Assembly: GCA_963829055.1 (NCBI GenBank)
Contig: CAWHHI010000012.1
Location: 224,001 to 288,000, forward strand
From: an uncultured Gemmatimonadaceae bacterium
GTDB lineage: Bacteria > Gemmatimonadota > Gemmatimonadetes > Gemmatimonadales > Gemmatimonadaceae
DNA length: 64,000 nucleotides
Reading direction: 5' to 3'
Shown: in pieces, positions 29,595 to 40,990 of the stretch
Layout of the letters: the number at the start of each line of letters is the position of its first letter
Position numbering within the stretch: the stretch's first letter is position 1
Notes under the pieces: model-generated
Told to the model about the DNA's origin: nothing
The model's input: the letters and a program-made list of their open reading frames with translations, nothing else
Databases searched by the model: none
Translations under genes and position numbers: made by a program

Positions 29595-32141
29595 ATGGCT
29601 CTGATCCTTACCCGCGACGCCGAGCGCTTCGAGGTACCCGACCGGCTTCCGGTGCTCCCGCTCCGCGACGTCGTGGTGTTTCCGTACGTCGTCATGCCGC
29701 TGCTCATCGGGCGCGCGCATTCCCTCGCCGCCGTCGACTCGGCAGCGGACGACGGCAACGTCGTGCTGCTCGTGGCGCAGCGGAACGCGGACCAGCAGGA
29801 CCCCGCGGCTGGTGACCTCTTCCGTATCGGTGTGGTCGCGCGCCTCATGCAGGTCGTGCGTCTGCCCAACGGCACCACGAAGATCCTCGTCGAGGGCATC
29901 GCCCGCGCGCGGGTCACGCGCTACGCCACCAGCGGCGGAACGTTGCGCGCGACGATCGCGCCGGAGCCGTTCGTGGACCCGGCGGAACCCGGCGAAAACT
30001 CGGCCCTCGGCCGCCGCGTGTTGTCGCTGTTCGAGGAGTACGTCTCCTTGCACCGGCGCATCCCGGCCGAAGTCGTGACGCTGGTGCAGGCAACCGCTTC
30101 GGAAGAGCGGCAGGCGTGCGCGGTATCCGCGCACCTGGCAGTCCGGCACGACGTGCGGCAGACCTTGCTGGAAGCACCGACCCTCCCCGCCCTGCTCTCC
30201 CAACTCGCGCAGCTTCTGGCAGCCGAGATCGAGATTCTACGCCTGGAGCGGAAGATCGAGGACGACGTCCGCGGCTCGCTGTTCCAGAATCAGCGCGAGT
30301 TCTACCTGCAGGAACAGCTGAAGGCCATTCACCGGGAGCTCGGTCAGGACGACGATGACTTCGGTGACCTGGAAACGGCCATCGAGAAGAAAGCGCTCCC
30401 GGAGCCGGTGCAGGCGCGCGCGTACCGCGAGCTCAGAAAGCTCCGGCGCATGTCGCCGCTGTCACCGGAGGCGACGGTCGCGCGCAACTTCGTCGACTGG
30501 GTGCTCGCGCTTCCATGGACAGAGCGGACGGACGACGCACTCGACGTCGCGAAAGCCCGCGTCGTGCTCGACGAGGACCACTACGGACTCGCCGAGGTGA
30601 AGGAGCGGATTCTCGACTACATCGCCGTGCTGTCGCTCGTCGGGAAGCTCGAGGGCCCCATCCTCTGCCTCGTCGGCCCCCCGGGCGTCGGCAAGACATC
30701 ACTCGGCCGCTCGGTCGCACGTGCACTCGGACGGCGGTTCGCGCGAATGTCGTTAGGCGGCGTGCGCGACGAAGCGGAGATCCGCGGCCACCGGCGCACG
30801 TATATCGGCGCGATGCCCGGGCGCGTGATTCAGGCAATGCGGCGAGCCGAGGTGGTGAACCCCGTCATCCTGCTCGACGAGATCGACAAGCTCGGGCAGG
30901 ACTACCGTGGTGATCCGGCGTCGGCGCTGCTGGAGGTACTCGATCCCGAGCAGAACCGCACGTTCAGCGATCACTACCTCGAGGTCGATTACGACCTGTC
31001 GCACGTTCTGTTCATCACGACGGCGAATTCCCTGGGCACGATTCCCGAGCCGCTCCGCGATCGCATGGAGATCATCCGGCTGCCCGGGTATCTCGACACG
31101 GAGAAGCAGGCGATCGCGCGACAGTTCCTGATCCCGAAGCAGATCCGTCAGAACGGACTCGATCCCGCCGCCGTGACGTTCGAGCCGGAAGCCGTGTCGT
31201 CGATCATCCATCGCTACACGCGCGAGGCTGGCGTTCGCGATCTGGAGCGGCGGCTCGCGCGCGTGGCCCGCAAGCTCGCACGGCGACGTGCCGAGACATC
31301 GGCAGCGCCAATCGCGAACGCCGCTCCGGAGTCGGACGCGGCCGTGAGCCAGGCGACGGTCCCGCCCGCGACGGCGAAACGGTCGCGCTCGAAGAAGGCC
31401 GCCAACGCCAACAGCGAGCCTGAAGCAGCTCCCGCGCCCGTCGCCGTCGCGCAGTCCGTAGGGCCCGACGATCTTCGCGCACTGCTTGGCGTCGCTCCGT
31501 ACGATCCTGACGATATGTCGCTCGACGACAAGGTCGGGGTGGCGACGGGCCTCGCCTACACGTCCGTGGGCGGAGAGACGCTGGAGATCGAGGTGTCCGT
31601 CGTCCGAGGACGCGGCAAGGTGCAGCTCACGGGCACGTTAGGCGACGTCATGAAGGAGTCGGCCACGGCCGCCTTGAGCTACGCGCGTTCGCGGGCCGCC
31701 GCGTTAGGCATCGATCGTGACTTCCATCGCAGCCGCGACCTGCACGTGCACATCCCCGCCGGCGCGACGCCGAAAGACGGCCCGTCGGCGGGCATCGCGA
31801 TCGCGACGGCGGTCATCAGCGCGCTCACCGGGCGGCCGGTTCGTGGTGACACCGCGATGACGGGAGAGATCACGCTGCGAGGGCGCGTGCTCCCGATCGG
31901 CGGCCTCAAGGAAAAATCCGTGGCGGCGCATCGCAATGGCATCGCCAACGTGATCATTCCGTACGGCAACGCGCGTGAGCTCGAGGAGTTGCCCGACGAG
32001 GTCCGTTCGGCGGTGCACTTTCATCCGGTGCGCACCATGGACGAAGTGATGGCGCTCGTGCTGCGCGGCGTCGCCACACCGCTGCCGGAACTGCCCGTCG
32101 CGAGCACGGTTGCCGCCGTCCCCTCCGCGGTGACACACTGA
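29595..32141 (+). CDS. lon: ATP-dependent protease La (Lon)
   Basis: [31 protein letters not shown] (Ser), GGLKEK (Lys). Confidence 0.97.
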   Translation: MALILTRDAERFEVPDRLPVLPLRDVVVFPYVVMPLLIGRAHSLAAVDSAADDGNVVLLVAQRNADQQDPAAGDLFRIGVVARLMQVVRLPNGTTKILVEGIARARVTRYATSGGTLRATIAPEPFVDPAEPGENSALGRRVLSLFEEYVSLHRRIPAEVVTLVQATASEERQACAVSAHLAVRHDVRQTLLEAPTLPALLSQLAQLLAAEIEILRLERKIEDDVRGSLFQNQREFYLQEQLKAIHRELGQDDDDFGDLETAIEKKALPEPVQARAYRELRKLRRMSPLSPEATVARNFVDWVLALPWTERTDDALDVAKARVVLDEDHYGLAEVKERILDYIAVLSLVGKLEGPILCLVGPPGVGKTSLGRSVARALGRRFARMSLGGVRDEAEIRGHRRTYIGAMPGRVIQAMRRAEVVNPVILLDEIDKLGQDYRGDPASALLEVLDPEQNRTFSDHYLEVDYDLSHVLFITTANSLGTIPEPLRDRMEIIRLPGYLDTEKQAIARQFLIPKQIRQNGLDPAAVTFEPEAVSSIIHRYTREAGVRDLERRLARVARKLARRRAETSAAPIANAAPESDAAVSQATVPPATAKRSRSKKAANANSEPEAAPAPVAVAQSVGPDDLRALLGVAPYDPDDMSLDDKVGVATGLAYTSVGGETLEIEVSVVRGRGKVQLTGTLGDVMKESATAALSYARSRAAALGIDRDFHRSRDLHVHIPAGATPKDGPSAGIAIATAVISALTGRPVRGDTAMTGEITLRGRVLPIGGLKEKSVAAHRNGIANVIIPYGNARELEELPDEVRSAVHFHPVRTMDEVMALVLRGVATPLPELPVASTVAAVPSAVTH

Positions 32142-32818
32142 TGTCGTCCGATACGGGCACCGACCCGCTCGTCATCCGCGACCTGAAGTTTCTCGGGCCG
32201 ATGGCGACCGTGGACGGCTGGCGGCCGACAACGACACTGCCGGAAGTCGCGTTCGCTGGACGCTCGAACGTCGGCAAGTCGTCGCTGCTGAACAAGCTCG
32301 TGCGTCGAAAGGCGTTCGCTCGAGTCAGCCGCACGCCCGGCCGAACGCGCGAGATCAACTTCTTCGAAGTGAATGGGCAGTTCGTGTTCGCGGACCTTCC
32401 CGGGTACGGATACGCCCGGATCTCGAAAGAACGCCGCGCCGAGTGGCGTCCGCTGATCGAGTCGTACCTGCGACGGTCGCCAAACCTGCGCGGTGTGGTC
32501 CAGCTCATCGACGTCCGACGGGAACCAAGCGACGATGATCTGCAGATGCTCGACTTTCTCGCTGAGGTCGGCGTCCCTACCATCGTTGCCGTGACGAAGG
32601 TCGACAAGCTATCGACCGCAGCGGCCGCGGCGCGCGTCAGCGAGATCACGATCGCGTTAGGTCTCGACGGCGATCAGGTGATTCCGTTCAGTGCGCACAC
32701 CGGCCTTGGCCGCGACGAGCTCGCCACTGCCATCGTGTCGCTGATGCAGTCGTCGTCCGACGAGGACGCGGGCGAGCCACCGGAACCACAGGAACCACAG
32801 GAACCGGAGTTGGCGTGA
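32141..32818 (+). CDS. engB: Ribosome biogenesis GTPase YihA/YsxC
   Basis: GRSNVGKSS, TPGRT, DLPGYG, TKVDK; follows lon. Confidence 0.93.
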   Translation: MSSDTGTDPLVIRDLKFLGPMATVDGWRPTTTLPEVAFAGRSNVGKSSLLNKLVRRKAFARVSRTPGRTREINFFEVNGQFVFADLPGYGYARISKERRAEWRPLIESYLRRSPNLRGVVQLIDVRREPSDDDLQMLDFLAEVGVPTIVAVTKVDKLSTAAAAARVSEITIALGLDGDQVIPFSAHTGLGRDELATAIVSLMQSSSDEDAGEPPEPQEPQEPELA

Positions 32819-33525
32819 TGGCACGGGCGGCATTGCACCGGTTTGCGTTGCTTGCCACGTCGTTCTCGGGGCTCTTCGGCTGCACCAGCACCGCCGGCAC
32901 GCCGGCGCCATCGTCGGGAGTACCATCGCCGGTCGCGTCCGCAGCCGATACCTCGCGCGCCCAGCGCCGAGGTCCGAACGACCCGGTGTCGGCGCAGGAG
33001 GTCCCACCCGGATTCGGCACGCTCCGCCAGGACGACGTGTCTCTCCGCATCCGGAGCTCCAGCCTGCAGGTCCGCGCGACGCCGCTGGATGAGTTCGTCA
33101 TCCGGCTGCTCTCGCCCGATTCGTATCGAGCGATGTCCGAGCTCAGGCGCAGCAAGAGCGACGCGATCGCCCAGGTCGCGCGTCGCAACGGGGCGCGCGA
33201 CGTGAGCGTGTGGTACGTCTCGTTCTTCGCCGTGGAGCGTGGGGAAACTCGATTCAGTCCCCGTGAGTTCATCATCACGAACGTTGGCAGGGACTTTCGG
33301 CCGCTCGACGTCCTCCCGTTGACGCCAGGCTTCGGCGAACAACGCCTTGCACAGAACGGCCGGCAGGATGCGCTGTACGTGTTCGATGGTCAGCTCGATG
33401 TGCAGCAACCGCTCACGGTGTCCTACACGACGGAGCGCAACGACGACTGGGCGAGCATCCTGCCGCGCATCGAGCGCGAGCGCTCGCTCGTGAAGAGTCG
33501 AGCATCCGCCGGACGCGCTCCGTGA
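32815..33525 (+). CDS. Hypothetical lipoprotein
   Basis: Signal peptide with LFG|C lipobox; GTGA overlap with engB. Confidence 0.7.
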   Translation: MMARAALHRFALLATSFSGLFGCTSTAGTPAPSSGVPSPVASAADTSRAQRRGPNDPVSAQEVPPGFGTLRQDDVSLRIRSSSLQVRATPLDEFVIRLLSPDSYRAMSELRRSKSDAIAQVARRNGARDVSVWYVSFFAVERGETRFSPREFIITNVGRDFRPLDVLPLTPGFGEQRLAQNGRQDALYVFDGQLDVQQPLTVSYTTERNDDWASILPRIERERSLVKSRASAGRAP

Positions 33526-33620
33526 CGGCCAGCCGTCGTTCGCCTCGCCTTGGGACTCGTTAGGATACGTGACGAGTCGTTAGGTTACTCCGATCCCCCA
33601 GCACTTCCGGGACTGTCGCC

Positions 33621-34480
33621 ATGGTACTTCGTCCTCTTCGCGCGCTTCCGCCGCGCTCCGATGTCGCGCTCGCCGACGCCTGGCTCGAGGAGCTCGCCGG
33701 CGCACTCGCCGACCCGCGGTGCGACCGCGCCCTGTTCTGCCGGCGGACGCTGGCCGAGTTGGCGTACCCGCAGTACGCCGCCAACTGGGACACCGCGGTC
33801 GCCGACGCGTCACTGCCTGTCGCCACGCGCCTCGCGCTCAGTGCCCTCGACCCGCGCAACATCACGCTCGAGCCGGAATACTACGCCGAGTGCGACGACG
33901 CGAAGTTCCAGGCCGTCAAGCCATTGTTGTGGCTCTGGTACTCGTTCGATCGCCTACCCATCGGCGGGCAGAACGTCGATCTCGGGATCAAACTCCGCCG
34001 ATTGCTCGCGCCGTACATCTTCAAGCGCTGCGGCGCGAACTTCAAAGCGTTCCAGAACGTCGAGTTCTCGTTCGGCTACAACATCGAGGCTGGCGACAAC
34101 GTGGTGGTGCACCGCCACGTGCTGCTCGACGATCGCGGCGGCATCGTGATGGGGAACAACGTTTCCATCAGCGACTACGCCAACATCTACAGCCACACGC
34201 ACAGCATCGTCGATCAGCGAGACGTCACCAACGCGGTGACCGTCCTCGACGACGGCGTGCGCATCACGTACCACGCGACGGTGCTCGCGGGCGTACACGT
34301 GGCTGAACAGGGCATGGTGGGCGCCATGGCGGTGGCGACGAAGGACGTGCGCGGCTACCACGTCTACGTCGGGCATCCCGGCGAAGAGCGTGCGCGTGAA
34401 GCCGAACGCGCCTCACGAGTCGACGCGCGTGACGAGCGTGCGCGGTTCGGCCGCCGGGCGACGGCGGCAGCAACGGGTAG
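33621..34480 (+). CDS. Left-handed beta-helix (hexapeptide) acyltransferase (apparent frameshift near 34372, possibly a second near 34456)
   Basis: GYNIEAGDNVVV, IVMGNNVSI, LDDGVRI, VGAMAVATKDV; the expected GIPAK appears in the shifted frame. Confidence 0.75.
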
Positions 34481-34497
34481 CCGACGGGACCAGCCGA

Positions 34498-34962
34498 TCA
34501 GATCACGCGCAGCACGTCCTCGGCTGGCCCGGCATCGCCGGTGCCTAACAAGATCTGGATGTGGGACAGCGCCTCGCGCTCCCGCGGCCACGTGAAGCGA
34601 GTGGATGCGTCCGCCAGCGTGAGCCATTCGTGACGCTGGTGTTCGTCGCCGAGCTTGACGTCGCTCGTCTCGCTCACGAACGCGGCGAACACGACCGCCA
34701 TCTGCACGACGCCAAGGGCGTGCAGGTAGAACGGCTGACAGGTGATGCTGTAGAGCCGATCGATCGTGAGCCCAGTCTCCTCGCGCACTTCACGGACGGC
34801 GGCGTCCTCGGGCCGCTCGCCGGTCTCCATGCGCCCGTGCACGGTCTCCCACGACGCGGGGCAGCGGGTATTCAGCCCGCGCTGGAGCGCGAGGACGAGC
34901 CAGTCGGGGCGATACGGGCGGATGACGTACACGTCCACGACGCCGACGCGAATTTCAGTCAT
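34498..34962 (-). CDS. NUDIX hydrolase
   Basis: Nudix box GRMETGERPEDAAVREVREETGL. Confidence 0.88.
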   Translation of the reverse strand: MTEIRVGVVDVYVIRPYRPDWLVLALQRGLNTRCPASWETVHGRMETGERPEDAAVREVREETGLTIDRLYSITCQPFYLHALGVVQMAVVFAAFVSETSDVKLGDEHQRHEWLTLADASTRFTWPREREALSHIQILLGTGDAGPAEDVLRVI

Positions 34963-35001
34963 TCGCGTAAGCTATCAGCGATCGACGTATGAGCTGCTCG
35001 C

Positions 35002-37242
35002 CTACGCTTTCATCTTCAACAACGCACGCAGTCGCGCACTGAGCGCACGTGGGCGGAACGGCTTCGTCAGAAAATCGTTTGCGCCCGTCTCGAACACGCG
35101 CACCTCGTTCTCTTCGTCGCCCTTCGCCGTCAGCACGATCACCGGCAACTTCGCGGTCGACGGACGGGCGCGCAGGTGACTCAACACGCCGTAGCCATCG
35201 AGACGCGGCAGATTGAGGTCGAGCACGATCACATCGGGCGCGCTTCGATCGACCTCATCGAGCGCGGCAACGCCGTCAGCGGCTTCGACGACGGTGAACC
35301 CGTCCCGCTCGAGCAGGTCACGCAGCACGCGACGGAGCGGCTCCTCATCCTCGACGAGCAGCACCGTCTTCTTGCCGTTGAACGTCTCGTCGAACAGGTC
35401 GTCGAGCAGCTGTAGCGCGTCGTCGGGAATGGCCGCTGGCCTGACGACACCATTGCGAGCCGGAGTCCGCGTGGACTTCGTTGTCCCCGAGTCCTGCCGG
35501 CCACGTCCCGTATCGCGATTGTCGTCGCGAGGCGCGGGAGCGCGACGCACCGGCGTCTCGGTCGGCGGCTCGACGACGCGGAGCAGCTCGTCGAGTGTTG
35601 TTTCTCCTGACCGCACATGCTCGACGCCCGACTCCCACAGCGTCTTCATCCCGCTCGCGCGCGCCGACTCGGCAAGCACGTCGGCGGTTTCGCCGTCGGC
35701 AATGAGCCGCTCGAGATCGCTGTTGACGGTGAGCACTTCCATCACCGCCATTCGACCGCGGTACCCGGTCTGCGAACATTCGGGACAGCCGACCGCCTTG
35801 AACAGCGTCATGCCGTGCGGAAGCCACCGGCGCATCCGCTCGGACACCGGATCGTTCGATTCCTGCCGGCACACCGTGCACAGGCGACGGAACAGCCGCT
35901 GCGCGACGACGCCCTTGAGCGCCGCAGCGATCTTGTAGCCGTCCACGCCGATGTCCACGAGACGTGCGATGGAGCTCGCGGCGTCGATGGTGTGAAGCGT
36001 CGACAACACCAGGTGGCCCGTGAGCGACGCCTGCACGGCGATGGACGCGGTCTCCTTGTCACGGATCTCACCGACGAGAATGACGTCCGGATCCTGACGC
36101 AGGATGGACCGCAGCGCGTTCGCGAAGTTGAGCCCGGCCTTCTCGTTCACCTGCACCTGCACGATGCCCTGCAGCTTGTACTCGACGGGATCTTCGACCG
36201 TCACGATGTTGACGGCGCGCTGCTGAATCTGGCGGAGCGCGGAGTACAGCGTGGTGGTCTTGCCGGAACCAGTGGGCCCGGTGACGAGCACGATGCCTTC
36301 ACGAAGGTTCACGAGCTCGTTGAGTCGCCGACCCTCGTCGGCGAGCAAGCCAAGACTGTCGAGCGACAGCACGGTCGAGCGGCTGTCGAGAATTCGGATG
36401 ACGACCTTCTCGCCGTACGACGCCGGCAGCGTCGACACACGCAGATCGACGCGCGTCCCGTTCACCGACACGCGCGCGCGACCGTCCTGCGGGCGCAGGC
36501 GATCGGCGATGTCCATCTGCGCCATGATCTTGATGCGCGACACCAGCGGCAGGCCGGCGGCGCGCGGCAGCGTCATCGTCTCGCGAAGCACGCCGTCGAT
36601 GCGGTAGCGAACCGCGACGCCACCCTCCTCGGGCTCGAGGTGGATGTCGCTCGCGCGCGTCGTGATCGCTTCGGCAATGATGTGATCGACGAGCCGAATG
36701 ACCGGCCGTTCCGACGCGCGATCGGCCGAGAGGTTGAAGTCCTCGTCGTCTCCCGTTTCGGCGATGGTGTCGATGTCATAGCGACCGGCGACGCCCGCGA
36801 GAATGTTCTCGACAGCCGTCTCGGGCTGGTAGAGCTCATCGATGCGGGTGGCGATGGCCCCCGGAGCCGCGAGCTGCATACGCACTGTACGGCCGGTCGC
36901 GAACGCGAGCATCCGCTCACAGTCGAGGTCATGCGGATCGGCCGTGGCGATGTCGAGCGCGGAGTCCGAGACGGCGAGCGGTACGATGCGATACTTGCGC
37001 GCCAGCGACTCGGGGACGACCTCGCGCGCTTGCGACGTGGACACCGCGAGGTCGGCGAGCTTCATCCGAAATCGCGACGCGAGCGCTTTCAGAATCGCAT
37101 CGTCGGCGACGGAGCCTCCGCGAACCGCTGCGTCCCAGTAGCTCTCGGTGTCCTGCTGCTTCAGCTGTTCGAATAGGTCGCGCGCAATGAGCCCCTCGAG
37201 CGTCGGGAGCAGCCATTCATCGCGCACAGGGCGGTGGGCCAT
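35002..37242 (-). CDS. GspE/PilB family secretion/pilus ATPase with C-terminal receiver domain
   Basis: ASDIHLEP, PQDGR, GPTGSGKTTT, TVEDPVE, LRQDPDVILVGEIRD, TGHLVLSTLH, tetracysteine motif; REC domain VEDE..D(LNLP)..T..K(PF). Confidence 0.92.
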   Translation of the reverse strand: MAHRPVRDEWLLPTLEGLIARDLFEQLKQQDTESYWDAAVRGGSVADDAILKALASRFRMKLADLAVSTSQAREVVPESLARKYRIVPLAVSDSALDIATADPHDLDCERMLAFATGRTVRMQLAAPGAIATRIDELYQPETAVENILAGVAGRYDIDTIAETGDDEDFNLSADRASERPVIRLVDHIIAEAITTRASDIHLEPEEGGVAVRYRIDGVLRETMTLPRAAGLPLVSRIKIMAQMDIADRLRPQDGRARVSVNGTRVDLRVSTLPASYGEKVVIRILDSRSTVLSLDSLGLLADEGRRLNELVNLREGIVLVTGPTGSGKTTTLYSALRQIQQRAVNIVTVEDPVEYKLQGIVQVQVNEKAGLNFANALRSILRQDPDVILVGEIRDKETASIAVQASLTGHLVLSTLHTIDAASSIARLVDIGVDGYKIAAALKGVVAQRLFRRLCTVCRQESNDPVSERMRRWLPHGMTLFKAVGCPECSQTGYRGRMAVMEVLTVNSDLERLIADGETADVLAESARASGMKTLWESGVEHVRSGETTLDELLRVVEPPTETPVRRAPAPRDDNRDTGRGRQDSGTTKSTRTPARNGVVRPAAIPDDALQLLDDLFDETFNGKKTVLLVEDEEPLRRVLRDLLERDGFTVVEAADGVAALDEVDRSAPDVIVLDLNLPRLDGYGVLSHLRARPSTAKLPVIVLTAKGDEENEVRVFETGANDFLTKPFRPRALSARLRALLKMKA

Positions 37243-37308
37243 TTTGCGTTGCGGGCTCGTTCGTGATGCGGCTTGGGCGCACCGCACCAAGTCCGCGGCC
37301 CGCCGCTG

Positions 37309-39402
37309 CTACAGAATCGACCAGAAGTCTCTAATCACGTCGACGGAGAACGTCCATCGTCCGTCACGGAATCCTTTCGCGACATCGAATCGCAGGAGGT
37401 CGAAGACGGTCAACACGCCGATCCCCACCGCCGGGTACCACCCTGCTCCCCGCCCGCCCGGATCCGCGTTCTCGACCCGCGCGAGATAGGCGGTATGCGC
37501 GAACGGAGCGAGCGTCGCCGAGCGCCCCGTATTCCCATACCGACCGAGCGAGACTGACGGAAACGGAATGGAGAACCGCGTCTCGACACGCTGGCTCGCA
37601 CCGAACCGTCCGACGAGCTCATGGAACTCGTAGCCCGGCGCCGTGGTCGGCCCGCCCAGATAGACGAACTCCTGTGGCGGAAGGTCAGGGCCAATCGCAC
37701 CGGCGGCGGAAGTCCGCAGGACGACCCGCGTGCGACCGATGGGACGCTCTCCCTGGAGGCCCACCCAGCCACGCCCGAACGTCATTTTTGCGCCGCCGCC
37801 GGCGGTATCGACCGTGGCGCGTGTCGCTCGCGCTTCGCCCCCAAGCCGCACCTCGAAGCCGCCCACGCTCAGAGCCGTGGGGCGTTCGAATGAAAGCACG
37901 GCGCGAGGACCGTGGAGCTTCCAGGCGGCGATCGTAGGCTCGTATTGGCCCGACGCCGGGGTCGCATTGACCTCGAGGCGGTCCTGCCATTCATAGCCGC
38001 CGGTCAGCCGCCAGCGGCCTCCCGCGCGGTTCCCGAGATCGAGCGTCAGTGAGCCGCCCCGGGTGTCATACGGGTCGGTGTAGTCGCTTCCGAACTCCTG
38101 GGCAGCAATGGTATTTCGGAGCAACGAGGTCTCGGGCTCGTCGCCCGCGTCGCGGAACGAGCGGAACAACCGAAGCTGTAGGCCGCTGGCGTTTGCCCGC
38201 TCCCACCCGAGGACGAATTCGCCTTTCGGCTCGTGGTCATCGAAGCCGAAACGGCCGGACACTCGTGAGTAGACGCCGTCTCCGAATCGTTTTCCGACGC
38301 CAACCCCGAGCGCGAGCCCCTCCACCCGGTTCACGCGCGCGAACTCGGAAATCGACCTCGCGCTCAACGACGTCTCTCGAGTCCTGGCGAGTGCACTCGC
38401 GCGCACGAGCGAGCGTGCCTCTTCCTGCACGCGCCGGACGTCTTCGTCGGTCACGGCTCGAACGTCCGGCGGAAGCGAATCGAGGATCCGTCCCTTCCAC
38501 ACGTGCGCGCGTTGCTCGGCGCGCGGCGCCTGCACGATCTCCGGTCCCGTGAACTGCGCCGGACTGAACCCCTTGTTCACCTGATAGCAACAGATCTCCC
38601 ACCGCCCGCGGATGATGCCGCGTGCGGGATAATCGAGCCACGAGCCCGTTCGACGGATCTCGATCTCCTGCCGGCGCGGGAGCCAGAAGCGATTCTCGAT
38701 GAGGGCGTTCTCGAGCACGATCGACACGTCTTCGAGCTGCTTGTCGATGAGCGCGGCGCGCGTGAAGCTGAACGCCATGCGGACGACGGTCGCCTGCTCG
38801 CGATCGATGTAGACAGCCCCCACCGCCGCCGGCACACGGTCGTCCTTGGGGCGTACTCGCACTTCGAGAACATCGATGGCGCGATCCGGTAGCTGGATGC
38901 GAAGCGAATCGCTGATCGCGTAGTCGTACGCCGCGAGTCCACGGGACGACAGCGGGTGAGGCACGTCCCTCACCTCGTCGCCATCGCCCAGCCGCATGAT
39001 GTTCGGAAAGTTGTTCTGGACGATGCCGAGGTGGTCGCGGTGGTAGTTGATGTCCGTCGGCAGTAACAGCGTGTCGCGCCGCCCGACGATCCGCTGCTTG
39101 CTGAGGTCGGGCGAGCGCCAATAAACTTCCAGCGCGAGCTCGTCGGCTTTCACGATCTTCGGCGGCTCGGGAAATCCCTCACCAACTTGCGCGAGGAACG
39201 TCAGGTAGCCGTGCGCGGCCGCCTGGTAATCCACGAGCGCCGTATCGGCCAGTTGCGCCGCTCGGCGCGCGGTTGCGCGCTCGACGAGGGCACGAGTTCG
39301 CGCGTCGTTCCACGTTTGAGCCGCCACCGCGCTCGGCGCGAGTGCGACAACCCCTGACGACACCAGAACCGCGGCGGTCAGCGCCGCGAGAGCCCGAAGC
39401 AT
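37309..39402 (-). CDS. Outer-membrane protein with C-terminal beta-barrel (Omp85/surface-antigen-like)
   Basis: Signal peptide AAA|Q, RVNRVEGL, PPQEFVYLGG..PGY, LLRFDVAKG; family assignment inferred. Confidence 0.6.
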   Translation of the reverse strand: MLRALAALTAAVLVSSGVVALAPSAVAAQTWNDARTRALVERATARRAAQLADTALVDYQAAAHGYLTFLAQVGEGFPEPPKIVKADELALEVYWRSPDLSKQRIVGRRDTLLLPTDINYHRDHLGIVQNNFPNIMRLGDGDEVRDVPHPLSSRGLAAYDYAISDSLRIQLPDRAIDVLEVRVRPKDDRVPAAVGAVYIDREQATVVRMAFSFTRAALIDKQLEDVSIVLENALIENRFWLPRRQEIEIRRTGSWLDYPARGIIRGRWEICCYQVNKGFSPAQFTGPEIVQAPRAEQRAHVWKGRILDSLPPDVRAVTDEDVRRVQEEARSLVRASALARTRETSLSARSISEFARVNRVEGLALGVGVGKRFGDGVYSRVSGRFGFDDHEPKGEFVLGWERANASGLQLRLFRSFRDAGDEPETSLLRNTIAAQEFGSDYTDPYDTRGGSLTLDLGNRAGGRWRLTGGYEWQDRLEVNATPASGQYEPTIAAWKLHGPRAVLSFERPTALSVGGFEVRLGGEARATRATVDTAGGGAKMTFGRGWVGLQGERPIGRTRVVLRTSAAGAIGPDLPPQEFVYLGGPTTAPGYEFHELVGRFGASQRVETRFSIPFPSVSLGRYGNTGRSATLAPFAHTAYLARVENADPGGRGAGWYPAVGIGVLTVFDLLRFDVAKGFRDGRWTFSVDVIRDFWSIL

Positions 39403-39498
39403 GATTGCCGAATATCGCCGACGTCAGAGGCGCCTACAAGCGTCGTCCCACCTCCAGCACGCGCGGGTTCATGCTGCCCGACCAGCAACGGACCGCGC

Positions 39499-40981
39499 GT
39501 GACGTTCGATCGATTTCGTGACCTCTCCAGAACGGCCGGCCTCGTCCCCGTCTGGCGCGAGATTCTGCTCGACACGGACACACCGGTCTCGGCCTTCGCG
39601 AAGCTGCGGCGCGGTCAGTTCGCGTTCCTGCTCGAGTCGGCTCCCGCCGGGAGCGAGACATGGTCCCGCTACACGTTCATGGGAACCGAGCCGCGAGCCG
39701 CCTGGCGATTGCGCGATGGCAACGTGGAAGATTGGACCGCGGAGCGCGGTTGGCATGCGCAACGCCAAACCGTTGATGCGCTCGCCGATCTGGAACGCAT
39801 CGTGACGGAATACGCCCCGGCCGACGTGCCCGAGCTCGGCGCGTTCTGGGGCGGGGCCGTCGGCTACTTCGGCTACGATGTCGTTCGCGAGATAGAGCAC
39901 CTGCCCTCGCCGCCACCGAGAGGCGTGAACGCGCCCGACGCGCTGTTCGTGCTGACAGGTGCCGTCGTCATCATCGACAACTTGCGAGCCCAGGCACGCA
40001 TCGTGGTTGGCGTTCCTGTGCCTCCGAACATGTCGGACGAAGCGCTGCGAGCCGCCTATCGACGTCGCACAGCGCGAGATCGATGACATTGAGCATCGGT
40101 TCCGACAACCGCTGCCGCTCCCACCGCTGCGCCTCGATCGCGGTGCCGCCGCGGTCGTCGGCGAATCGAATTACGAGCGGGAGAAATTTCTCGCCGACGT
40201 CGAGCGCATTCGCGAGTACATCTTCGCCGGCGATTGCTTTCAGGCGTTGCTGTCGCGCCGCATCCGCGTCGCACACGATTTTCCGTCGGACTCGCTCTAT
40301 CGCGCGCTGCGCGCGCTCAACCCGTCGCCGTACATGTATCACCTCGTGCTCGACGGGCTGGAGCTCGTCGGCAGCTCACCGGAGTTGCTCGTTCGCGTCG
40401 CCGATGGTCGGGTCACGGTGCGCCCCATCGCCGGCACGCGCCCCCGCGGCGCGACCGCGCCCGAAGACGAGCGTCTCGCGGCCGAGCTTCTCGCCGATGA
40501 GAAGGAACGTGCGGAGCACGTGATGCTCGTGGACCTCGGTCGCAACGACGTCGGACGCGTAGCGCGGTACGGCTCCGTGTCGGTGACGGAGTTGATGCGC
40601 ATCGAGCGGTACTCGCACGTGCTGCACATCGTGAGTCAGGTCGAGGGCGAGTTGCGCGAGGGCGTCACCGGCCTCGATGTATTTCGCGCGACGTTCCCGG
40701 CGGGCACGATGACGGGAGCACCCAAGGTTCGCGCCATGGAGATCATCGACGAGATGGAGCCTGAGCGACGCGGCCCGTACGCGGGCGCGGTCGGATACAT
40801 CGCCGCCGGCGCCCAGCGCATGGATCTGGCGATCACGATTCGCACCTGCGTCATCGCCGACGGCGTGGCGTCGGTGCAGACCGGCGCCGGCATCGTCGCC
40901 GACTCGGTGCCGGAGCGCGAGTGGGAGGAGACCGAGAACAAGGCTCGGGCTCTGCTCACGGCCATCGGTCAGATCCGCTAG
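39499..40981 (+). CDS. trpE: Anthranilate synthase component I (apparent frameshift near 40060)
   Basis: TPVSAF, FLLES, NPSPYM, PIAGTRPRG, KERAEHVMLVDLGRND, GAPKVRAM. Confidence 0.9.
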
Positions 40982-40990
40982 CTTCTGCGC

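Noticed and set aside
32775..32810. 9-bp tandem repeat (GGAACCACA) at the engB 3' end
   Set aside because: In-frame low-complexity EPQ tail with no sign of phase variation
40050..40070. Programmed frameshifting in trpE and other split genes
   Set aside because: No slippery sequences; the number and spread of breaks fit sequencing error better
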